From assembly GCF_000698785.1 (NCBI RefSeq), contig NZ_CP007536.1:1950001-1982000 (forward strand): a stretch of 32,000 nt of DNA, in the 5' to 3' direction. Origin of the DNA: Nitrososphaera viennensis EN76. GTDB lineage: Archaea > Thermoproteota > Nitrososphaeria > Nitrososphaerales > Nitrososphaeraceae. A model generated the notes under the pieces. It saw only the letters and a program-made list of their open reading frames with translations, was not told where the DNA came from and did not search any database. Both the position numbers and the translations under genes were made by a program. Below, piece by piece: positions 16,057 to 25,230 of the stretch (position 1 is the first letter of the stretch; every line of letters starts with the position of its first letter).

Positions 16057-18429
16057 ATGGAACCCAAGATACAGACCAAGTCGTGGAACCACGAGATTGA
16101 AAGCGCGATACTGAAAAAGTGGCAGGACGAGGACACGTACCGCTTTGAAACAATGAATGGTGAAAAGCCGGCGTTTGTCATTGACACGCCGCCCCCGTAC
16201 CCGTCGGGCAAGCCGTGGCACATTGGCGCTGCCGCCCATTACGCTCAGATAGACATGATAGCACGGACAGCTAGGATGTCCGGCAAGAACGTGCTTTTCC
16301 CCATAGGCATCGACCGGAACGGCCTGCCGGTGGAAATCTACACCGAGAAAAAGTACAAGGTGCGCATGCGCCAGATGGACAGGCAGAAATTCCTTGACCT
16401 GTGCAAGGGCGCGCTCGACGACCTGGAAGCCGAGATGCTCCAGATAATGAAGAACATGGGGCTTTCCGGCGACTTTGCGCATTACTACCGCACCGACTCT
16501 GACGAGTACCGGGCATTGACGCAGGCCACCTTTATCGAGCTGTGGAAGCGCGGGCTCGTGTACCTGGCAAACAGGCCAAACAACTACTGCCCGGACTGCG
16601 GCACCACGATTGCAGACGCCGAGATAATCCATGACGACCTGCCGACAAAGCTGGTGCACATGAAGTTCCGGGTCGCAAATAATAACTCTGATGATCAGAT
16701 TATAATCGCATCGACAAGGCCCGAGCTCCTCTTTGCGTGCCAGGCAGTCATCGTAAACCCGGAGGACGAGCGCTACCTCGACTACCAGGGCAAGAGCGTC
16801 GTCCTGCCATTGTTCAACAGGGAGGTGCCAATCAAGACGCACCATTCTGCAAGGCCGGAGTTTGGCTCTGGCGCCGTGATGGTGTGCAGCTATGGCGACC
16901 AGAACGACGTGCAGGTGTTCCGCGAGCTGGGCCTGAAGGAGATAGTGGCGCTCAACGAAAACGGCATAACGACAGAGGCGGCAGGCGCGTACGCCGGCCT
17001 TCGCGTCAACCAGGCGCGCACCAAGGTCATCGAGGACCTGAAAGCCGCAAACCTCATAGAAAAGGAGGAGGGCATCATGCACCGGACTCCGCTGTGCGAG
17101 CGCAGCAAGACGCCAATTGAAATCATCCCCCTGCACGACTATTACGTCAAGCAGCTTGATTATGTGCCGCAGCTGCGCGAACTGGCGATGCAGCTGAAAT
17201 TCCACCCCGAGATGCACAGACAGATCCTGCTCAACTGGCTGGACTCTGTCGCAATCGACTGGCCGGTCTCCCGGAGGCGCTTTTACGGCACCGAGATACC
17301 GATATGGTACTGCAACTCTTGCAGGACGCCACTCCTGCCAGAGCCTGGAAAATACTATCGCCCCTGGAAGGAAAGCCCGCCATTTGAAAAGTGCCCGAAA
17401 TGCGGCCACACGGAATTCACGGGCGAGGACAGGACGTTTGACACGTGGATGGACTCGTCAATCAGCCCGCTCTTTGTGACGAAATTTGGCAGGGACCAGA
17501 AACTGTTCGACTATGCGTACCCTGCAGCCCTCCGTCCGCAGGCCAAGGACATCATCCGGACGTGGCTCCACTACACGATGCTGCGCTGCGTGCAGCTGAC
17601 AGGCAAGATGCCGTGGACCGACGCGTGGATAATGGGCTACGGCGTCGACGAAAAGGGGGAAAAGATGAGCAAGAGCAAGGGAAACGTCATCGACCCGTTC
17701 CCGGTGATACAGCAGTACGGCGCCGACACGTTCCGGTTCTGGTCGGCAAGCGAGGCCAACCTCGGCTACGATTTCCGCTGCTCCGAGCAGCGCATAGCCG
17801 GCTCGCAAAAGTTCCTGTCGAAACTGTGGAACGTGGGCAGGTTCCTCTCGTCGTTTGATGTCGTAAAGGAGCGGCCGGCGCAGCTTGAGGCGACTGACAG
17901 GTGGATACTGGCAGAGCTTGCCCGGCTTGTGGAAGAGTGCAAACGCGGCTATGACGAATACAACTTTTTCGTGCCTGCAAACGCGATCCGCGATTTCACG
18001 TGGAACGTCTTTGCCGCCCACTATATCGAGATGGTGAAGGGGAGGGCGTACGACCCTGGCCAGCAGGGCCACGCCTCGGCGCTCTACACGCTGCACAGGG
18101 TGTTCTCGACTATCCTGCTGCTGCTTGCGCCAATAACACCGTTCATCTCGGAAGAGCTCTGGACAAAAATGTATTCAAAAAAGAGCAGCATCCACCACCA
18201 GCAGATGCCCTATGCCGCCGGAGAAGGGCAGCAAGACCTGGAATTTGCAAAATACACAAAAGCGATAACCGACTTTAACTCGCAGGTGTGGAACAAAAAG
18301 AAAGAGACAGTGTCAAAGGAGACGGGCAAGCCGATGTCGCTCAAGGACCCGATCGAAATAGCAGTGCCGGATGAGCTCAAGCCGTTTGCAGCCGACCTCG
18401 CATCTATGCACAACCTGATCTCAAAATGA
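16057..18429 (+). CDS. valS: class Ia aminoacyl-tRNA synthetase, most likely valine--tRNA ligase
   Basis: The HIGH-region variant is TPPPYPSGKPWHIGAAAHY. Other motifs are IDRNGLPVE, DWPVSRRR, TFDTWMDSS and KMSKSKGNVIDP. The 790-aa length fits archaeal ValRS better than LeuRS or IleRS. Confidence 0.8.
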   Translation: MEPKIQTKSWNHEIESAILKKWQDEDTYRFETMNGEKPAFVIDTPPPYPSGKPWHIGAAAHYAQIDMIARTARMSGKNVLFPIGIDRNGLPVEIYTEKKYKVRMRQMDRQKFLDLCKGALDDLEAEMLQIMKNMGLSGDFAHYYRTDSDEYRALTQATFIELWKRGLVYLANRPNNYCPDCGTTIADAEIIHDDLPTKLVHMKFRVANNNSDDQIIIASTRPELLFACQAVIVNPEDERYLDYQGKSVVLPLFNREVPIKTHHSARPEFGSGAVMVCSYGDQNDVQVFRELGLKEIVALNENGITTEAAGAYAGLRVNQARTKVIEDLKAANLIEKEEGIMHRTPLCERSKTPIEIIPLHDYYVKQLDYVPQLRELAMQLKFHPEMHRQILLNWLDSVAIDWPVSRRRFYGTEIPIWYCNSCRTPLLPEPGKYYRPWKESPPFEKCPKCGHTEFTGEDRTFDTWMDSSISPLFVTKFGRDQKLFDYAYPAALRPQAKDIIRTWLHYTMLRCVQLTGKMPWTDAWIMGYGVDEKGEKMSKSKGNVIDPFPVIQQYGADTFRFWSASEANLGYDFRCSEQRIAGSQKFLSKLWNVGRFLSSFDVVKERPAQLEATDRWILAELARLVEECKRGYDEYNFFVPANAIRDFTWNVFAAHYIEMVKGRAYDPGQQGHASALYTLHRVFSTILLLLAPITPFISEELWTKMYSKKSSIHHQQMPYAAGEGQQDLEFAKYTKAITDFNSQVWNKKKETVSKETGKPMSLKDPIEIAVPDELKPFAADLASMHNLISK

Positions 18430-19481
18430 TGAAGGCGGTGCCCTTTTACCAGCACGGGCCGACGGTGGATGTACTGAGGTACGAGGATTTCCCGGACCCC
18501 GAGCCGGCAAGGGGGCAAGTTGTAATAGAAGTCGAGTACTGCGGCGTGAACCACCTCGACATCTGGACGAGGATGGGCATCGCCGGCAAAAAGATCAAGC
18601 TTCCGCACATATGCGGCTGCGACATTGTCGGCACCGTAAAGAAAAGCGCCGCTGGCTTTGACGCCGGCGAGCGCGTCATGGTATACCCCGGCGCCAGCTG
18701 CGGAAAATGCGCGCATTGCAAGGCAGGGCGAGAAAACCTCTGCAGCCAGTTTGCAATCATCGGCGGAATGAGCGACTACAACGGCGGGTACGCGGAAAAG
18801 GTGGCAGTGCCGGCAAGAAACGTCATCCGGCTGGGAAAAAAAGGGCCGGACAGCAAGGCCGCGGCTACGCTTGCAGTCTCGTACCTCACGGCGTGGAACA
18901 TGCTGTCTGCAAACGGCGCAAAAAAGGGCAAGTCCCTCCTCGTGTACGGCGCTGCAAGCGGCGTCGGCATGGCTACGATCCAGCTTGCCCGCGCGCTCGG
19001 CGTCTCGACGATCATCACGACCGCGGCTGGTCCTGAAAAAGCGAAATTCGGCAAAAAGCTTGGCGCCCACCATGTCATTGACAGGAACGAGACAAAGGAC
19101 CTCGCCGGCGAGGTGGCTGCCAGGCTTGGCGGCGGCGCAGCAGCAGGAGTTGACATTGTCATCGACCATGTGGGCGCGGCAACCTGGCAGACGAGCATAG
19201 CGTCCCTAAAGCCAGGCGGCAGGATGGCAGTCTGCGGCATGACGTCCGGCAACGACGCGACGGTCCCTGTGCGGATGTTCTACAGCAAGCAGGTAACGAT
19301 GACAGGCGCGCTCCTGGGGACAAAGGCGCAGCTTGTGCAACTGCTAAAGCTCGTGCAGGCAAGGAGGATCAAGCCCGTCATCGATTCGGTGTTCCCGCTG
19401 GAGGAAGCGGCGCAGGCGCAGGACAGGATGGAAAAGGGCCTGCACTCTGGCAAGATCCTGCTCAGCTGCTTCCGCCGTTGA
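18426..19481 (+). CDS. zinc-type alcohol dehydrogenase / quinone oxidoreductase family (MDR superfamily) protein
   Basis: GVNHLD, HICGCDIVGTV, the structural-Zn loop CGKCAHCKAGRENLC and the Rossmann motif VYGAASGVG are present. Its ATG overlaps the valS TGA (ATGA). Confidence 0.85.
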   Translation: MMKAVPFYQHGPTVDVLRYEDFPDPEPARGQVVIEVEYCGVNHLDIWTRMGIAGKKIKLPHICGCDIVGTVKKSAAGFDAGERVMVYPGASCGKCAHCKAGRENLCSQFAIIGGMSDYNGGYAEKVAVPARNVIRLGKKGPDSKAAATLAVSYLTAWNMLSANGAKKGKSLLVYGAASGVGMATIQLARALGVSTIITTAAGPEKAKFGKKLGAHHVIDRNETKDLAGEVAARLGGGAAAGVDIVIDHVGAATWQTSIASLKPGGRMAVCGMTSGNDATVPVRMFYSKQVTMTGALLGTKAQLVQLLKLVQARRIKPVIDSVFPLEEAAQAQDRMEKGLHSGKILLSCFRR

Positions 19482-19830
19482 GGAGGTCCAGCGTGTCCTT
19501 GGCAATGTCCATCGCCGTGTGCGAGTCAAGGTTGGGCTCCAGAGTCACGACAAGCGTGTGGCCGTTCATGTAGAACGTCAGGATGGAGACCCTGTCCCGC
19601 TCGACGTAGGCAAAGCGCGCCTTTCCAAGCGTGTTGTCAAACCTCTGCCTCATGGACTTGCGGAGCGCAGTCTGCGCAAGGTACAGCTCTTCGTTTGACT
19701 GGTCGGTCAGCGAGTCGATCCCCTTTTTCATGCCGCCGGCAACGAGCGCGCCCATGTCGTCAATCACGCCGGCGTACCTGATGTCGTCGTCAAGCGCAAA
19801 TACCTGGTCGCAAATCTTTGCAAAATCCAT
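19462..19830 (-). CDS. small Roadblock/LC7-like (MglB-fold-like) protein, function unknown
   Basis: 122-aa ATG ORF. The pattern IRYAGVIDDMGALVAGG...RVSILTFYMNGHTLVVTL resembles Roadblock-type alpha/beta proteins. Its 3' end overlaps the oxidoreductase 3' end by 20 nt (convergent genes). Confidence 0.5.
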   Translation of the reverse strand: MDFAKICDQVFALDDDIRYAGVIDDMGALVAGGMKKGIDSLTDQSNEELYLAQTALRKSMRQRFDNTLGKARFAYVERDRVSILTFYMNGHTLVVTLEPNLDSHTAMDIAKDTLDLLNGGSS

Positions 19831-19888
19831 GGAGGTACATCGTCAAGCTTGTTTTTCAAACTTTTGCCACAGCTTTTTAAGCGCAGCC

Positions 19889-20767
19889 ATGCGCAAAAGA
19901 GTTGCATTGGCGAAAATCGGCAGCGTGGAGATAGGCAAGGGCCGCCACGTCAAGGTGATGGGGATAATCAACGCAAGCCCCGAGTCGTTCTTCAAGGGCT
20001 CTGTTCGGACCGGCTTTGACGAGGTTGCGCAGGCTGCAAGGGAGATGCAGGGCGCCGGCGCGCACGTCATCGACATCGGGGCAATGTCCACCGCGCCGTA
20101 CCTCGACACCATAATCCCTGTCGAAGAAGAGATCAGGCGGCTGAAAGCCGCGATGGAGGCGGCCAAGTCTGCGTGCAGCCTGCCGATTTCAGTCGACACG
20201 CCAAGGGCAGAGGTCGCCGAGGCCGCAACAAAACTTGGCGCAGACGCGATAAACGACGTCACCGGCCTAAAGTACGACCGGAGGATGGCGCAGGTTGTTG
20301 CCAAAGCCGGCCTGCCGGTGATAATCGGGGCCTACAGCAGGACGCCTGCCTCGGGCAGGGTTGCAGGCACGGTCCGGGCATTGAAGGAAAGCATCGCTCT
20401 GGCAAAAAAGGCCGGCGTCAGAAAAGAGATGATGCTAGTAGACCCGTCCATCGGCTTTTTCCGCGCAGAAGGCAAGAACCCCTTTTTCACGAAATTAGCC
20501 GACGGCGACAAAACTCCGTGGTACTCCCGCGACCTGGAAGTGCTGTCAAGCTTGTACAAGCTTGCCGCGCTTGCGCCGGTCTGCGTCTCGGTTTCAAGAA
20601 AGTCGTTCATCGGCCACCTTCTCAACCTGCCTGCGGCGGAGCAAAGGATGGTCCCCTCTGTCGCGTGCGAGGTGGTTGCAGCAATAAACGGCGCAAGCCT
20701 CGTGAGGACCCACAGCGTGAAAGAGACCGTGCAGGCGCTGACCATGCTAGAGTTGCTCAGGCGCTAG
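19889..20767 (+). CDS. folP: dihydropteroate synthase
   Basis: Using the internal ATG of the 19631..20767 ORF gives MRKRVALAKIG..VKVMGIINASPESFF, HVIDIGAMSTAPY, ISVDT and INDVTG. This is the classic pterin-binding DHPS barrel. The upstream extension overlaps the divergent gene. Confidence 0.85.
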   Translation: MRKRVALAKIGSVEIGKGRHVKVMGIINASPESFFKGSVRTGFDEVAQAAREMQGAGAHVIDIGAMSTAPYLDTIIPVEEEIRRLKAAMEAAKSACSLPISVDTPRAEVAEAATKLGADAINDVTGLKYDRRMAQVVAKAGLPVIIGAYSRTPASGRVAGTVRALKESIALAKKAGVRKEMMLVDPSIGFFRAEGKNPFFTKLADGDKTPWYSRDLEVLSSLYKLAALAPVCVSVSRKSFIGHLLNLPAAEQRMVPSVACEVVAAINGASLVRTHSVKETVQALTMLELLRR

Positions 20768-20817
20768 AGCCGGTAACGCTTATAATGCTTCTAGGCAACT
20801 AGACATCAAGGGATTAC

Positions 20818-22251
<1,434 letters not shown>

Positions 22252-22254
22252 CGG

Positions 22255-22704
22255 ATGGCCAGAAAGACGTTTCTTGCGATGCTGGCCGCCGGCGCGGCCT
22301 TTATCGCCATCGGCATTGCGGCAAGCATCTACGCAAACACGGCAGTCGCCGTGCCCCTTGACGGCACGGTAAAGCCCGGCCTTGCAGACGAGCTGTCGCC
22401 GGACATGAACGTCGGCAACACCGCGTCGATGCAGGTGAAAGGATCGACCTTTGACGTCGAGGTCAGGGAGCCTGACGGGGTCGTGGTCGTTTCGCAAAAG
22501 GGCCTTTCCAACTTTACCTACGAGCTCACCGCGACCAAGGCCGGCGAGCACAGGATAACAATACAGAACACGGGAAGCCAGAACGTGCAGATAACCGGCA
22601 CGGCGCAGACCAAGTCCAGCCCGCTGGAGCTTTCCGGCTCGCTCATGCTGGTCGTGACCGGCATCATCGTAGTCGGCCTTGGCCTCCGCTTCCGGGATCG
22701 CTAG
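22255..22704 (+). CDS. bitopic membrane protein (149 aa): N-terminal anchor, about 100-aa beta-rich domain, C-terminal TM, short basic tail
   Basis: The ATG lies 4 nt after the guaB stop. The hydrophobic segments are FLAMLAAGAAFIAIGIAASIY and LMLVVTGIIVVGLGL. The tail is RFRDR. Confidence 0.7.
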   Translation: MARKTFLAMLAAGAAFIAIGIAASIYANTAVAVPLDGTVKPGLADELSPDMNVGNTASMQVKGSTFDVEVREPDGVVVVSQKGLSNFTYELTATKAGEHRITIQNTGSQNVQITGTAQTKSSPLELSGSLMLVVTGIIVVGLGLRFRDR

Positions 22705-22711
22705 AAGCTAA

Positions 22712-22755
22712 CTAGAACTCGGCCTTTCTGTACGAGCCGATGATCTTCAGGTACG
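22712..22755. repeat. 44-bp direct repeat, copy 1 (orphan copy of the last 14 codons plus stop of pheA)
   Basis: CTAGAACTCGGCCTTTCTGTACGAGCCGATGATCTTCAGGTACG differs at 2 of 44 positions from 23610-23653. Confidence 0.9.
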
Positions 22756-23043
22756 CGACCCTGCTAGCCGAGAATGCTTTGGCGTCGTTGCTTCCCGGAG
22801 GGCGTTTTTTAACGCACCTTGCACCGCTTTGGCCTCGACATACAAAGAAGTCTGCAAGAAGATTTTCATCATGTCTGTCCCCCTGACAATGAAAAACGAA
22901 AATTCTCTTATCTTCTTGACAACCGCGTGCATGTCGACATACTCTTCATCTACACGAGCAAAGAAAGGCTTGACTTCGTACCGGCTTGTTGGGGTCATAA
23001 CATGCAAGGACGGACGCGGTATTAAACTCGCCTTGCTTTGCAC
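22712..23043 (-). pseudogene. decayed pheA 3' (ACT-domain) fragments, frameshifted and without an N-terminal part
   Basis: The minus strand reads SLHVMTPTSRYEVKPFFARVDEEYVDMHAVVKKIREFSFFIVRG. It then reads SLYVEAKAVQGALKNALREATTPKHS, followed after a frameshift by VAYLKIIGSYRKAEF*. Compare the real PheA tail NLTKIESRPTKETPWEYNFYVDFEGHAGDRAVKQVLKATKSKTSYLKIIGSYRKAEF*. Confidence 0.6.
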
Positions 23044-23153
23044 TGGTTTGTGTAAAGCTAATTGGCATTAAGAGACATTTCCCAATAGCGCAGATTTTCT
23101 GATGTAATGCACCTTATAGACCATAAATATTACATCGTAGAATTATAGGTAAG

Positions 23154-23429
23154 ATGAATCGACTGCAGAAGTTACTCTTCCTGTCGGGAGCTGCTACGAT
23201 ACTTCTGTCGCTCGGTTTGTCACAGATACATATACCACTTTCAAAAGCTGAATCTGATGCAATCTTCAATTCATGTATTGAGTGCCAATCGCCACCCACT
23301 TACAGGACTGTGGACCCGAACTTGGTGTATTCATTGCTGGCTGTCGGTATAGCAACGGTTGCCGCTGGTGCAGTATCTGCTGCCTTGCACACGCCTAGAT
23401 CAGAAAAGGCTCCAGAAACCACAAATTAA
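23154..23429 (+). CDS. small membrane protein (91 aa) inside the pheA-end insert
   Basis: ATG with ATAAATATTA 22-31 nt upstream. The N-terminal hydrophobic segment is LLFLSGAATILLSLGL. The second TM segment is LVYSLLAVGIATVAAGAVSAAL. A CIEC motif is present. Confidence 0.45.
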   Translation: MNRLQKLLFLSGAATILLSLGLSQIHIPLSKAESDAIFNSCIECQSPPTYRTVDPNLVYSLLAVGIATVAAGAVSAALHTPRSEKAPETTN

Positions 23430-23609
23430 TTTTTTAGAAAAAAGGAAGGAGGCAAAGACACTTTTCTGTCTATGCCGAATGTGTACTAACTAATGCTTTC
23501 CAATTCAGGTAATACAAATACCATTATTCGTAAAGTACAAGCAGATCAGAGTTCGAGAAAAACGAATGTAACGCTGGCGTTGCAGAAAGCCACTTCTTTT
23601 TACAACTAG

Positions 23610-23653
23610 CTAGAATTCTGCCTTTCTGTACGAGCCGATGATCTTCAGGTACG
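23610..23653. repeat. 44-bp direct repeat, copy 2 (the functional 3' end of pheA)
   Basis: CTAGAATTCTGCCTTTCTGTACGAGCCGATGATCTTCAGGTACG. See copy 1. Confidence 0.9.
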
Positions 23654-24458
23654 AAGTCTTGCTCTTCGTCGCCTTTAGCACCTGCTTTACCGCCCTGTCG
23701 CCGGCGTGCCCTTCAAAGTCTACGTAAAAGTTGTACTCCCACGGCGTCTCTTTCGTAGGCCGCGACTCGATCTTTGTCAGGTTCAGGTTCCTTATCGCAA
23801 ACTCGCCGAGGATGCCAAAGAGCGCGCCCGGCACGTGCTTTACCGAAAATATGATGGACGTCTTGTACTGGCTATCATCGGTTTTTCTGGCACCCTTGCT
23901 ACTGTCTGACAGCGCAAGGACTAGAAAGCGGGTGTAGTTGCTCTTTCTGTCCTCGATGCCCTCCTCGAGGATTTCCATGCCGTACAGCTCTGCCGCGCGC
24001 CTGCTTGCTATTGCCGCCGCGTCATTGGCGCCCTGCTCCTTTACCATCTTTACAGAGCCGGCGGTGTCGTACGCCGGCACTGGCTCGATCTTTTTCTTTT
24101 GCAGGTACTGCCGGCACTGGCCCAGTGCCTGCGGGTGCGAGTACGCCCGCCTGACGTCTTTGATCCTGACGCCCTTGTTGGCAATAAGGCAGTGGCGCAC
24201 CCTGTGGTAGACCTCGCCCGTTGCCTTCAGCCGCGTCTGCATCAGAAGGTCATAGACTTCCGGCACGCTTCCCTCTATGGAATTTTCGACCGGTATGACT
24301 GCAAAATCGACCTTTTTCTTTTCGGCTGCGGAAAAAACGTCTGCAAAGGACTTGCACGGCACAAGCCTGGCGCCCTTCTTTGAGAAATATTGCAGCGCGG
24401 CCATCTCGCTGAACGCCCCGCGCTCTCCCTGGAAGGCGACGCTTGCAGCGGCCGGCAT
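23610..24458 (-). CDS. pheA: prephenate dehydratase (PDT domain plus ACT domain)
   Basis: MPAAASVAFQGERGAFSEMAA..., the TRF motif (NYTRFLVL), ESRP, and a C-terminal ACT domain are present. I chose the ATG at 24458, 5 nt after the csl4 stop. The longer ORF-track N-terminus overlaps csl4. Confidence 0.9.
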   Translation of the reverse strand: MPAAASVAFQGERGAFSEMAALQYFSKKGARLVPCKSFADVFSAAEKKKVDFAVIPVENSIEGSVPEVYDLLMQTRLKATGEVYHRVRHCLIANKGVRIKDVRRAYSHPQALGQCRQYLQKKKIEPVPAYDTAGSVKMVKEQGANDAAAIASRRAAELYGMEILEEGIEDRKSNYTRFLVLALSDSSKGARKTDDSQYKTSIIFSVKHVPGALFGILGEFAIRNLNLTKIESRPTKETPWEYNFYVDFEGHAGDRAVKQVLKATKSKTSYLKIIGSYRKAEF

Positions 24459-24463
24459 GACAG

Positions 24464-25072
24464 CTACTTGCCGCCTGCCCTGAATATCTGGCGAAGCGTC
24501 TCCTTGCCGTAGTCGTCTGTCAGCTTGCGGGGCTCCCAAGCTCCGCACTCGATGCACTTGACCGTGTCGTTCACCTTGACCGTGTCGCCCCCGCACATAA
24601 AGCAGGTGGTGTAGAGCACTCCAAACTCTCTTTCTGCAATCGTCATGTGCACGGTAGAGTTGAGCAGGCTCATCACCCTGCCCCGGATGATGTCGCCGGT
24701 GCGAAAGATCGGCCTTTCGCGCCTGTCGCGGCCGCCTCCCACTCTCATGGAGGCTATCGCCGAGAACCCTGACGTGGACTCTACTCCGTTTATGTACAGC
24801 ACCTTTACGGATATCATGCTGGCAAATATCATCTCGACATAGCCTACCAGTATGTCGCCTATCTTGGGAAGCATCGGCGCGTTCTTGGGCTCTATCTTTA
24901 CCACGCGCCTTTTCAGGTCGAGGGCCTTGGTGCCTATTGCGGCCGCCCTTATCGTGCCGTCTTCCGTCAGGTAGGTGTTCTTGCCGCCCTCAAACTCCTC
25001 GATGGAGGCAACCTGCTCGCCTGGCAGTATTATTGTCATCACTTTATTGTCATTACTATTTTCCTTGCTCAA
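24464..25072 (-). CDS. csl4: exosome complex RNA-binding subunit Csl4 (N-terminal domain, S1 domain, C-terminal zinc ribbon)
   Basis: PGEQVASIEEFEGGKNTY is followed by the S1-like GDILVGYVE...GDIIRGRV and the Zn ribbon CFMCGG...CIECG. The TTG start at 25072 has TTATAA 28-33 nt upstream. The alternative ATG is at 25039. Confidence 0.75.
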   Translation of the reverse strand: MSKENSNDNKVMTIILPGEQVASIEEFEGGKNTYLTEDGTIRAAAIGTKALDLKRRVVKIEPKNAPMLPKIGDILVGYVEMIFASMISVKVLYINGVESTSGFSAIASMRVGGGRDRRERPIFRTGDIIRGRVMSLLNSTVHMTIAEREFGVLYTTCFMCGGDTVKVNDTVKCIECGAWEPRKLTDDYGKETLRQIFRAGGK

Positions 25073-25200
25073 TCCGGTGCAGCTTTTACGTGCGGCAAGT
25101 TATAACTGTTTATGGGTGCAAAATATGCAAAATTTTTACAATCCCTCCCTGAAAGGTTGTGTGTTTCTTACAGAGGGCGGTGGGCGAAGGATAATAAAGG

Positions 25201-25207
25201 TATAAAG
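25201..25207 (+). promoter_or_regulatory. TATA-like box for cdc48 (leaderless or near-leaderless GTG start)
   Basis: TATAAAG lies 24-30 nt upstream of the GTG at 25231. An in-frame TAA at 25195 excludes any earlier start. Confidence 0.4.
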
Positions 25208-25230
25208 AGCAGTATCGTCAAGGTGTTAGT

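Larger units (their letters stand above)
22712..23653. mobile_element. possible remnant or miniature integrated element (att-like repeats bracketing a low-GC insert at the pheA 3' end)
   Basis: Direct repeats lie 898 bp apart. The interior is visibly AT-richer than the flanks, carries its own TATA-like box and a small membrane ORF, and has no integrase. Confidence 0.3.

Noticed and set aside
16006-17409. 467-aa ORF on the minus strand
   Set aside because: It is entirely antisense to valS, which carries clear class I synthetase motifs. Its R/A/L/V/H-rich composition with no motifs is typical of a shadow ORF in GC-rich coding DNA.
18210-19169. 319-aa minus-strand ORF, plus similar long antisense ORFs at 21835..22551, 27715..28497, 26643..27380, 25390..25944, 10439..11017, 11021..11632 and 11993..12556
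   Set aside because: Each lies opposite a gene with strong family motifs (MDR oxidoreductase, guaB, decarboxylase, cdc48, guaA, mptE-like). None has a recognisable motif, and all show the skewed Arg/Ala/Leu/Pro content of antisense frames.
19631-19888. N-terminal extension of the folP ORF
   Set aside because: It overlaps the divergent Roadblock-like gene on the other strand and has shadow composition. The DHPS homology starts at the ATG at 19889.
22747-23043. 98-aa ORF treated as a normal CDS
   Set aside because: It reads as diverged pieces of the PheA ACT domain that run out of frame into the duplicated pheA terminus, so it is better explained as a pseudogene fragment.
24459-24596. N-terminal extension of the pheA ORF (MRGRHGQGERHG...)
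   Set aside because: The extension overlaps the csl4 3' end and is Arg/Gly-rich nonsense. The conserved PDT N-terminus begins at the ATG at 24458, 5 nt after the csl4 stop.
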